NCBI GenBank assembly: GCA_046861645.1
Contig: JBHHUM010000032.1
Coordinates: 1 to 24,853 of the forward strand
DNA from: Fidelibacterota bacterium
GTDB taxonomy: Bacteria > Fidelibacterota > Marinisomatia > Marinisomatales > UBA2128
DNA length: 24,853 nucleotides
Direction: 5' to 3'
The position numbers were made by a program, and so were the translations under genes. The notes beneath the pieces are model-generated. The model was given only the letters and a program-made list of their open reading frames with translations. It was not told the origin of the DNA and did no database searches. Below, one piece after another: positions 17,036 to 24,853 of this stretch (position 1 is its first letter; every line of letters starts with the position of its first letter).

Positions 17036-17922
17036 CGAGGATGAAAGCTCCTGTGAACTTCTTTCAGATAGCTGCGATCAACATGAGTATAGATCTGTGT
17101 AGTGGTGATATCAGAGTGACCAAGCATTTCCTGAACCGCTCTCAAATCAGCACCACCCTCGAGCAGGTGTGTGGCAAAAGAATGTCGCAAAGTATGGGGA
17201 CTCACTGGTTTCTCTATTCCTGCATTTTTAGCAAGCGTAGAAATGATTCGCCATACTCCCTTTCTGGAAATCTGACGACCCAGATAATTAAGAAAAATAA
17301 ATCCCTGACTGTGACCTTTCCTGGCTAAAGTAGACCGGTATTCATTAAGATAATCTTCCAGACATTCGGCAGCTATCCTTCCTAAAGGAACTATTCGCTC
17401 TTTTCGTCCTTTGCCTAATACCCGGATCATACCCTGGTTTGAAAGTAGATGCTCCAATTTCAGATTCACCAGTTCCGATACGCGCAAACCTGTTGAATAT
17501 AAAAGTTCCACCATGGCTTTATCTCTTAAACCACCTGGTTTCTCGACGTTAATACTACTCAAAATGGATTCTACTTCTGCCACCGATAACACTGTTGGCA
17601 GTTTCTCTGGAATCCGCGGGGGTTCTAACAGTTCAGAGGGATTAGTAGTAGCAAAATCCTCATCCAGTAGAAAGTTGTGATACGAACTTACCACAGAAAA
17701 ATTACGTCGGATACTGGTGGGTTTCAGATGTAGATCAAAAAGCATCTGGATATAATGACGAATATGTTTGGGAGTAATGTCAGTAACACTTGTTATTGCA
17801 GGATCTTCAGCTATAAAATTGAGATAACGGTTGATGTCACGTTGATAAGCAGAAATTGTGTTAACTGAAAGATGTCGTTCTATTCTAAGGGACATAATAT
17901 AATCGTCGAGAAATGTCTCCAT
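17029..17922 (-). CDS. xerD: Site-specific tyrosine recombinase XerD
   Basis: TGLRVSE, GKG.KERIVP, HTLRHSFATHLL, LGHSDITTTQIYTHV and C-terminal HPR; 297 aa. Confidence 0.9.
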   Translation of the reverse strand: METFLDDYIMSLRIERHLSVNTISAYQRDINRYLNFIAEDPAITSVTDITPKHIRHYIQMLFDLHLKPTSIRRNFSVVSSYHNFLLDEDFATTNPSELLEPPRIPEKLPTVLSVAEVESILSSINVEKPGGLRDKAMVELLYSTGLRVSELVNLKLEHLLSNQGMIRVLGKGRKERIVPLGRIAAECLEDYLNEYRSTLARKGHSQGFIFLNYLGRQISRKGVWRIISTLAKNAGIEKPVSPHTLRHSFATHLLEGGADLRAVQEMLGHSDITTTQIYTHVDRSYLKEVHRSFHPRW

Positions 17923-17937
17923 GTCATAGGTTACAGT

Positions 17938-18273
17938 TCAATAGCCACAGAGACACAATTGGAACTGTCTATCTAAACTATCTAAACATTCAGATCTTCT
18001 TTCCCATCTATTAGAGCCGATTTGTTGGGCTGGTAATAAGAAAGATCGCATATTATATAAAAAATTGTGTAATTGAAGTAAAGCTATTAAATATTGAGTA
18101 ATGAAGTGTGAATTGAATAGGAGTTTATAAGATAATAATCCCAACATAATACAGTTAATATTTAACCCGTCGGAGACATGATTCTGTCCTGGAGTAAGAT
18201 TCAGTTTTACTTTGAGAATCATCTTCATTTGAAAATCACAACAACAATAACAAAACTCTGTGGTAATATTCAC
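17938..18273 (-). other. AT-rich spacer spanned by a 111-codon ORF of uncertain reality
   Basis: GTG overlaps the gmhA stop (GTGA) and the ORF ends 15 nt before xerD. No recognisable domain. 94 of 300 bases are G+C by hand count over 17941-18240. Confidence 0.3.
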
Positions 18274-18860
18274 TGCAAAGCTTGCTCCACCAGTTCACAG
18301 ATAATATGTCCAGCAGTGATATGTCCTTCTTGGATATGTTGTGTATCATTTGATGGTATAGAAATCACCACGTCTCCAGTACCGGCTAGATTACCGTGAT
18401 CAGAACCGGTAAAAACCACAACTTTCATCCCGAGTTTTTTTGCAGTAGTCACAGCGCGAATGACATTCTCTGAATTACCACTGGTAGAGATTCCAATCAA
18501 AACATCACCCTCTTTACCCAGTGATTCAACCTGACGGGAGAAGAGAGAATCGAAGCCCACGTCATTAGTCCAGGCAGTAAGAAAAGATGAATCGGTCGTA
18601 AGCGCCAGGGAGGCTTTCCCCGGCCGGATATGATCCCTTAATCCGCCGATAATTTCTGTAGAGAGGTGTTGAGCCTGAGCGGCACTACCACCGTTTCCAC
18701 ACCAGAGGATTTTGTTATTATTTTTCAGGGCTGTTACCATAAGATGTGCTGCCTCGACAATCGACTCACTGCACTCTTCCACCATTTGATGGATCATCCC
18801 TGACGCCTCAGTAAGTTGAAATCGGACCTGGTCGAGATGATTGTTCACATTATTCTCCAT
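18270..18860 (-). CDS. gmhA: D-sedoheptulose-7-phosphate isomerase (SIS domain)
   Basis: CGNGGSAAQAQHLSTE, NDVGF, ISTSGNS and IQEGHITAGH. Start is ATG 18860 or GTG 18848 (GGAG upstream of the latter). Confidence 0.85.
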   Translation of the reverse strand: MENNVNNHLDQVRFQLTEASGMIHQMVEECSESIVEAAHLMVTALKNNNKILWCGNGGSAAQAQHLSTEIIGGLRDHIRPGKASLALTTDSSFLTAWTNDVGFDSLFSRQVESLGKEGDVLIGISTSGNSENVIRAVTTAKKLGMKVVVFTGSDHGNLAGTGDVVISIPSNDTQHIQEGHITAGHIICELVEQALQ

Positions 18861-19596
18861 GAATTGCTGCGGCAAATTTAGCTAAAAGGGAAAAATCTTT
18901 GGTGTCTTCTACTACCGAGCCCGTAACAATAAAACTGGCACCTGCTAAAACTTTCTTCCGGGCCGTGTCCGGGGTACGGATGCCACCTCCTACAATGACT
19001 GGTAGTTGCGTTCCGTTAGAAACGGCATTAACCGTCTCCACAGGGACACTGACCTGCGCCCCACTACCGGCTTCCAGATAAAGCAACTTCATGCCCAGGT
19101 ACTCTGCAGCCAAGCCATGAGCCACCGCCAGGTCAGGTCGATTCATGGGCAGCGGTCGAGTATTACTCATAAATTCCACTGTTGAACTACCCCCACCTTT
19201 GAACAGCATATAACCTGTCGAAATGGGTTCCAGGGCAAGATCCTTTACGATAGGTGCAGAAATGACCTGTTCCCCAATCAAGTAATTAGCATTACGTCCA
19301 CTGATTACCGACATGAAAAGAATCGCATCAAAGTGTGGACCAAGTTGGTTGGCAGCTCCTGGAAATAGTATAACTGGAATATGAGCAAGTTCTTTAATTC
19401 GGGCTGCCCGTTCATGGAATTTTCCATCCATAAAAAGACTACCACCGACAAGAATAGCATCCACATTACTTTCGTTAATAGCAGGAACTAACTCATCCAG
19501 CAGTCCATCATTTTTCTGATCCGGATCGATGAGAACCAGATAACCACTACCTTTTTTATTGCGTACATCCAATAAATGTTTAAATACCCTGCTCAT
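18850..19596 (-). CDS. Geranylgeranylglyceryl-phosphate synthase family, group II type
   Basis: LIDPD, VGGS, PVILFPG, SGRN..YLIG, TGYML, YLEAGSGA, GGGIR and IVTGS. Confidence 0.93.
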   Translation of the reverse strand: MSRVFKHLLDVRNKKGSGYLVLIDPDQKNDGLLDELVPAINESNVDAILVGGSLFMDGKFHERAARIKELAHIPVILFPGAANQLGPHFDAILFMSVISGRNANYLIGEQVISAPIVKDLALEPISTGYMLFKGGGSSTVEFMSNTRPLPMNRPDLAVAHGLAAEYLGMKLLYLEAGSGAQVSVPVETVNAVSNGTQLPVIVGGGIRTPDTARKKVLAGASFIVTGSVVEDTKDFSLLAKFAAAIHGE

Positions 19597-20954
19597 TGTT
19601 CAAATCCTTTCAGAAACTCAACTAATTTGTCCAATTCTCTTACAGTTCTACGTTCGGTTACTGCAATTCTGAGAAAGTGGGGATCATCACTCAAAGAGGT
19701 TCCCACGAGTAACCCTGCTTCGATTCCCTTTTGCTTAAGAGTTTGCGACGGAACAGGGCATTTTGCAACGAATTCATTGAAAAATCGTTCCCCAAATGGT
19801 ATTTCAAAACCAGACAACTCTGCAATTCTGGATGCTAAATAATGACTCTTTTGAAAACAAAGGTCTGCAGCTTTACGGAAACCCTCCTTCCCTAATAGTG
19901 CTAAGTAAATTGTGGCAGATAACGCAACCAACCCCTGATTGGTGCAGATATTCGAAGTGGCTCGTTCCCGGCGGATATGTTGCTCCCGGGTTTGTAAAGT
20001 TAGTACAAATCCAGGCTGACCCTCAACATCAACTGTGGCTCCCACTAACCGACCCGGGATTTTTCTCACATATACCATTTTAGTAGCAAAAAGTCCCAGA
20101 TAGGGACCACCAAAAGAGGGTGGTGAACCTAAAACCTGACCTTCACCTGCATAAACGTCTGCCCCACATTCGCCCGGTGATGCAAAAAGTCCAAAAGAGA
20201 GGGGATTACCCACGGCGATAAACAGAGCTGACCACTCTTTACAAAGATCCCCCACAATTTTCCACCGTTCAATAAGTCCTAACCGGTTAGGTGATTGAAC
20301 AACCACAGCAGCTACATCATCAGCTAATCTGCCCTTTATCCAATGATAATCTGTTATCCCAGCCTTGGAAGGAATAATTTCAATTTCGAGAGAAGAATAC
20401 CGCAAATAAGTTTTGATTACCTGCAAATAATTTCGGTATAGTTCATTTGATAATAGTATTTTTGTTTTATGATTAACCCGCTCAGCCAACAGACACGCTT
20501 CAGCCACAGCAGAGCCTCCATCGAAAAGTGAGGCATTGGCAACCTCCAAGCCGGTGATTTCACAAATCATGGTTTGGTATTCATAAATAGCCTGTAACGT
20601 ACCCTGACTCACTTCAGCCTGATAGGGAGTATACGTAGTTGCAAATTCTGAGCGGGAAGTCAGATAGGGCACAGCAGCAGGAATAAAGTGATCGTATGAA
20701 CCTCCACCTAAAAATGAAACAACGTCATTTCGAGAAGCATTACCAGCAGCTAAATTTTCAATATCCCTGGTTACTTCAAGCTCTGATTTCCCTTGAGGTA
20801 AATTAATTCCCCCATGGTCCAACAGTTCCGGAGGAATTGCTGATAACAACTCCTCAAATGTATCCAACCCAATTTGTTTCAGCATTTCTGCTTCCACTTC
20901 GGGAGAAAAAGGCACGAAATGACTTTTCTTATTTGATGAGTGCTTGATATTCAT
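19593..20954 (-). CDS. gcvPA: Glycine dehydrogenase (decarboxylating) subunit 1
   Basis: YTPYQAEVSQGTLQ, ANASLFDG, GGPYLG and TREQHIRRERATSNICTNQ; 453 aa. Confidence 0.97.
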   Translation of the reverse strand: MNIKHSSNKKSHFVPFSPEVEAEMLKQIGLDTFEELLSAIPPELLDHGGINLPQGKSELEVTRDIENLAAGNASRNDVVSFLGGGSYDHFIPAAVPYLTSRSEFATTYTPYQAEVSQGTLQAIYEYQTMICEITGLEVANASLFDGGSAVAEACLLAERVNHKTKILLSNELYRNYLQVIKTYLRYSSLEIEIIPSKAGITDYHWIKGRLADDVAAVVVQSPNRLGLIERWKIVGDLCKEWSALFIAVGNPLSFGLFASPGECGADVYAGEGQVLGSPPSFGGPYLGLFATKMVYVRKIPGRLVGATVDVEGQPGFVLTLQTREQHIRRERATSNICTNQGLVALSATIYLALLGKEGFRKAADLCFQKSHYLASRIAELSGFEIPFGERFFNEFVAKCPVPSQTLKQKGIEAGLLVGTSLSDDPHFLRIAVTERRTVRELDKLVEFLKGFEQ

Positions 20955-21306
20955 CTGCTGACAAGAGGTCGGACTTTTCCAGTCTATCTTTTATCTCAAT
21001 TTTTACAATCCAACCAGTACCGTAAGGATCTTTATTCACACTTTCAGGGGTTTCTTCCAAACCATTATTGATCTTGATGATCTTACCTGAAAAAGGAGAT
21101 AATAAATCCGCCACAGTTTTTACAGCTTCGATAGTTCCGAAAGGATCACCTTGAGTGACATCCAAATCTTCATCGGGAAGCTCAAGAAAAATAATATCTC
21201 CCAACTCACCCTGAGCAAAATCAGTTATGCCCACTGTGGCAATATTATTTTCGATCTTTACCCATTCGTGAGTTTTTGTGTAAAGCAGATTATCAGGAAT
21301 TGACAT
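20929..21306 (-). CDS. gcvH: Glycine cleavage system H protein
   Basis: HEW, GITDFAQGELGD, EAVK (lipoyl-Lys) and DPYGTGW. ATG 21306 preferred (GGAG upstream). Confidence 0.97.
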   Translation of the reverse strand: MSIPDNLLYTKTHEWVKIENNIATVGITDFAQGELGDIIFLELPDEDLDVTQGDPFGTIEAVKTVADLLSPFSGKIIKINNGLEETPESVNKDPYGTGWIVKIEIKDRLEKSDLLSADEYQALIK

Positions 21307-21329
21307 ATTCACTCCACTTTTTACTTGAA

Positions 21330-22679
21330 TTAATCCTCAGGTTGGTAGTTAAATGTGTCCAGGAAACCAGTAGAAATATTCCCACTTTGGAAATCTTTGT
21401 CACTCATGATAGCCTGATGGAAAGGAATAGTCGTTTTAGGACCTTCAATAATAGTTTCTTCCAGGGCTTGCTGCATCCGGTTTATGGCTGCTGAACGGTC
21501 ATCTGCATGAACAATCAGTTTTGCCAGTAAAGAATCATATTGGGACGGTACATGATATCCCGCATAAACATGGGTATCCACGCGGACACCTAATCCCCCT
21601 GGTGAATGAAAACTTTTAATGAGTCCCGGGGAAGGCATAAAATTTTTCTCAGGATCTTCAGCATTGATCCGACACTCTATGGCATGACCGCGCAATTTAA
21701 TGTTATTCAGAAACGAAGGAAATGTCTCCCCACTATGCATTTTGATTTGCATCTTAACTAGGTCCTTTCCCACTACTGATTCAGTTACCGGATGTTCCAC
21801 TTGAATACGGGTGTTCATTTCCATGAAATAGAACTGGCTGTCTTCAGAGAGGAGAAATTCGACGGTACCGAGTCCAACATAACCGATTGACTTGGCGCCT
21901 TTTATGGCAGCATCCCCCATCCGTTGTCGGAGTTCATCATTGACTGCTGGCGATGGTGACTCCTCAATCAATTTCTGATGGCGCCGCTGAATGGAACAGT
22001 CACGTTCTCCCAGATGAACCACATTACCTTGCTGATCTGCAACAATCTGAATTTCAACATGACGGGGATTTTCCACAAATTTCTCTAAATAGAGAGCACT
22101 ATTGTTGAAGGCTTTCTCTGCTTCACCGCTGGCAGTAGTGAATGCATTTTCAATTTCCGAGGGTTCTTTCACCAGGCGCATACCCCTTCCCCCTCCTCCA
22201 GCAGAAGCCTTTAACATGACAGGATAACCTATTTCCTCAGCCAGTTTTTTTGCCTCTTCTACATTATCCAGAATACCTTCACCACCAGGGATAACTGGTA
22301 CTCCAACTGCTTTCATACTCTCTTTTGCCGCAGCTTTATCACCCATACTTCTGATGATTTTCGCTGATGGACCAATGAACACGAATTCATTATCAGAACA
22401 AATTTGAGAAAATTCGGCATTTTCTGCCAGAAAGCCATATCCGGGATGGATAGCATCAACATTGGTGATTTCCGCTGCGCTGAGAATGCTGGGAATGTTT
22501 AGATAACTTTCCTGACTGGAAGGGCCCCCAATACACACGGCTTCATTAGCAAAGTGGACATGAAGAGAAAGTTCGTCGGCCTGGGAATAAACCGCTACCG
22601 TTTTAATACCCAATTCATGACAAGCACGAATAATCCTTAGAGCAATTTCTCCCCGGTTGGCTATCAGGATCTTCTTCAC
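21330..22679 (-). CDS. accC: Acetyl-CoA carboxylase, biotin carboxylase subunit
   Basis: [37 protein letters not shown] and [14 protein letters not shown]. Confidence 0.97.
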   Translation of the reverse strand: MKKILIANRGEIALRIIRACHELGIKTVAVYSQADELSLHVHFANEAVCIGGPSSQESYLNIPSILSAAEITNVDAIHPGYGFLAENAEFSQICSDNEFVFIGPSAKIIRSMGDKAAAKESMKAVGVPVIPGGEGILDNVEEAKKLAEEIGYPVMLKASAGGGGRGMRLVKEPSEIENAFTTASGEAEKAFNNSALYLEKFVENPRHVEIQIVADQQGNVVHLGERDCSIQRRHQKLIEESPSPAVNDELRQRMGDAAIKGAKSIGYVGLGTVEFLLSEDSQFYFMEMNTRIQVEHPVTESVVGKDLVKMQIKMHSGETFPSFLNNIKLRGHAIECRINAEDPEKNFMPSPGLIKSFHSPGGLGVRVDTHVYAGYHVPSQYDSLLAKLIVHADDRSAAINRMQQALEETIIEGPKTTIPFHQAIMSDKDFQSGNISTGFLDTFNYQPED

Positions 22680-22737
22680 TTTTCCGTCTCAGAATGACTA
22701 TAGATAACAAGAAAGACTTAGTGTCCACCAGTTCAAA

Positions 22738-23208
22738 TCAATAAGGGATAATCACAAAGAGAGGCTGACCAAATTCAACCGGTTGTGCATTTTCTACCAG
22801 AATTTCCTTGATACGTCCGGTAGCTTCTGATTCGATTTCATTCATTATTTTCATTGCTTCGATGATACATAACGTCTGACCCGTAGCCACATGATCACCC
22901 ACCTTTACAAAGGGTTCTGTGTCAGGTGCTGGAGATCTGTAAAACGTCCCTACCATGGGTGATGATACTTCAATGGTATTTTCTATCTCTTCGGTTTGTA
23001 TCTCCTTCTCTGGTTCTGGGGTAGGTTCGCTTCCTAAACTTTCAGCTAGAGTAGCTGAGTGAACATCTCCTTTATCAGAAGAAACTACAGTTGGAGATAC
23101 TGTTTTCGAAACACGGAATTTGCGTCCCCAGAATCCGACCTCAATCTCGTTAATATCGCTGGTCTCGAGAATTTCGATTAGACGCTGCAGTCTAGCTTGC
23201 CAATTCAT
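22738..23208 (-). CDS. accB: Biotin carboxyl carrier protein
   Basis: [18 protein letters not shown] and [12 protein letters not shown] overlap with the efp stop. Confidence 0.97.
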   Translation of the reverse strand: MNWQARLQRLIEILETSDINEIEVGFWGRKFRVSKTVSPTVVSSDKGDVHSATLAESLGSEPTPEPEKEIQTEEIENTIEVSSPMVGTFYRSPAPDTEPFVKVGDHVATGQTLCIIEAMKIMNEIESEATGRIKEILVENAQPVEFGQPLFVIIPY

Positions 23209-23765
23209 CTTACCCTTTCTACATATTCACCTGTACGAGTGTCTATTTTCAAAATTTCTCCCTGATTTACAAAAAGGGGAACTGATACGGTATACCCAGT
23301 TTCCAATTTCGCCGGTTTAGTAGCTCCAGTAGCCGTATTCCCCCGGAAACCTGGTTCAGTTTCAGTCACTTCCAATTCCACAAATACCGGAGGCTCCAAA
23401 CCAATTACTTCTCCTTTAATAAACTGTATCGCTACGAGTGTACCTTCCTTCAGAAAGGCACGTTTGTCCCCTACAACTGTGACAGGTATAGAAATCTGTT
23501 CAAATGTTTCCATGTCCATAAATATAAAATCTTCACCATCGGAATAGAGATATTGCATATTTTTCGAATCTAAACGTACCGGATTTATTCTTGCCCCAGC
23601 TCGAAAAGTTTCTTCAATTACCTGACCAGTGACCACATTCTTCAATTTGGTACGAACAAATGCCCCCCCTTTACCAGGTTTGACATGGAGAAAGGAAATT
23701 ATTTTCATCCTGTGACCCTTATGTTCGATCACCATTCCGTTGCGTATATCTGCAGTGGTTGCCAT
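23205..23765 (-). CDS. efp: Elongation factor P
   Basis: [29 protein letters not shown] and [10 protein letters not shown]. Confidence 0.98.
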   Translation of the reverse strand: MATTADIRNGMVIEHKGHRMKIISFLHVKPGKGGAFVRTKLKNVVTGQVIEETFRAGARINPVRLDSKNMQYLYSDGEDFIFMDMETFEQISIPVTVVGDKRAFLKEGTLVAIQFIKGEVIGLEPPVFVELEVTETEPGFRGNTATGATKPAKLETGYTVSVPLFVNQGEILKIDTRTGEYVERVR

Positions 23766-23796
23766 TAGATTATGTCTCTACTTTGTGAAGCTGGGA

Positions 23797-23825
23797 AATT
23801 TACAATGACACCTATGACGAAACAA
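23797..23825 (-). promoter_or_regulatory. Candidate sigma70-type promoter for the efp operon
   Basis: Minus strand TTGTTT-17 nt-TAAATT, about 30 nt upstream of the efp ATG. Motif match only. Confidence 0.35.
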
Positions 23826-24028
23826 TCCCTGTTTCACCGAAATAGTCATTGAAAAAGTATCGATTGAACAGGAATTTAATATGATAGAGGTTTGAAATTT
23901 GTAACTGATCGAGTGTATTGGGATGATCATTGTCTTGTTTATTTAAAAAATGTGTAAGGGTAAAATTCATAATTAAATCGACTTTTCATTTGAGATTTTC
24001 ATCTTACTCCAGCAACTTCCCTCCTCCC

Positions 24029-24853
24029 ATGACACACTTTATGATAGAACTAAGGTGGTTGGTATTAATATTGCCACTTTATGCTGAGATACATTACCGG
24101 TTCAAGTGGTTTCCTTTCAGTCGCTACTTTCGTCGGGAACCAGAAATCATTGCTGATGCACCTTTCCGACTGGAGCCAGGGATGCCATTACCAGTTCTTT
24201 TGCTGATAAAAGATGCTCATCAATACCCCATCCATTTACACTCAGTTACCTTCACAGGAAAGGATGAAGCGGGCAATACCCTAATTAAACAAATTTCCCA
24301 AAATTTGGTTATTGATCGCCACTGGTGGTACCAGACAGTTGAATTAGATCCCCATAACCTCATGGGAAAATTATCTCTCGAGGTGTCCTTTGACTACACA
24401 ATCAATGGTAAACGTCGTATGGCTATCAATCACAACTTACCCGGTTCCCCTGAAAAACCGTTAACTATTAATTTGGCTGATCAATCTTTACCAGGATCGA
24501 AAAGGGGTTGGTACTGGGGAGATCTGCACACCCATACCAGTTTGACCGAAGATCAGGTTGAATTTGGAGCACCTTTAGAAGCCACGCAAAAAGCAGCGAA
24601 TGCCTGTGGACTCTCTTTTGTCTGTCTTACCGATCACTCCTATGACCTTGATGACAAAATGGATTCATGGTACGAAACTGATCCTGATTTACAGAAATGG
24701 CACGATTCACGGAATTTGCTGAAGAATCTTAATGAAAATGCTGAGACTATTCTGGTAGCTGGTGAAGAATTAAGCTCTGGCAACAGCCGGGGAAAAAATA
24801 TTCATATTTTACTGCTGAATTGGCCGGAATTTATTCCTGGTGCAGGAGATGGC
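24029..24853 (+). CDS. PHP-fold metallohydrolase (CehA/McbA-like), partial, runs off the window
   Basis: Not in the ORF track. Manual translation is open from ATG 24029 (or 24041): ...LYAEIHYRF...GDLHTHT...LTDHSYDLDD...GEELS...HILL, i.e. the HxH, DH, E and H metal ligands. Confidence 0.85.
   Translation, partial: MTHFMIELRWLVLILPLYAEIHYRFKWFPFSRYFRREPEIIADAPFRLEPGMPLPVLLLIKDAHQYPIHLHSVTFTGKDEAGNTLIKQISQNLVIDRHWWYQTVELDPHNLMGKLSLEVSFDYTINGKRRMAINHNLPGSPEKPLTINLADQSLPGSKRGWYWGDLHTHTSLTEDQVEFGAPLEATQKAANACGLSFVCLTDHSYDLDDKMDSWYETDPDLQKWHDSRNLLKNLNENAETILVAGEELSSGNSRGKNIHILLLNWPEFIPGAGDG

Noticed and set aside
17029..17922. Phage or island integrase acting on the tRNA repeat
   Set aside because: Size and motifs are those of chromosomal XerD, it overlaps a housekeeping gene, and it is 17 kb from the repeat.
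18270..18860. DiaA rather than GmhA
   Set aside because: It retains the GmhA-type His/Glu (QHLSTE), Gln (IQE) and C-terminal His residues.
19593..20954. Missing gcvPB and gcvT as evidence of an incomplete glycine cleavage system
   Set aside because: Dispersed gcv genes are common. Absence cannot be judged from one window.
1348..23320. Short antisense or alternate-frame ORFs in the track (e.g. 1348-1545, 3850-4260, 8780-9058, 11106-11444, 16912-17328, 19576-19842)
   Set aside because: They overlap confidently identified genes and show no motifs, so they are treated as shadow ORFs.
23205..23765. Unusual EF-P modification system
   Set aside because: Standard PGKG lysine loop and no modification enzyme in the window. 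The efp-accB-accC linkage is a familiar arrangement.

Overview
Bacterial chromosomal window. Gene content and order suggest the FCB superphylum, possibly Marinimicrobia-like; this is inference only. The right half is a tightly coupled minus-strand housekeeping run: efp-accB-accC-gcvH-gcvPA-GGGP synthase (archaeal-type group II)-gmhA-[AT-rich ORF]-xerD-site-2 protease-41 aa membrane peptide-ftcd-mutL, with a divergent, truncated PHP-fold metallohydrolase at the right edge. The middle holds an acyltransferase_3 gene, proC and a 955 aa membrane/SpeE-like/TPR fusion. To the left is an operon of a PafA-type phosphatase, an M3 peptidase lipoprotein and a DegT-family aminotransferase, followed by a broken beta-propeller lipoprotein gene. 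The least explained DNA is non-coding. Bases 1-660 contain a probable tRNA 3' end, a second copy of that end split by a 29 bp hairpin insertion, two halves of a decayed small GIY-YIG nuclease gene and a four-hairpin REP-like composite. A second copy of that composite at about 9050-9320 has been interrupted by the same style of tiny hairpin insertions. No CRISPR array, transposase or prophage genes were seen.
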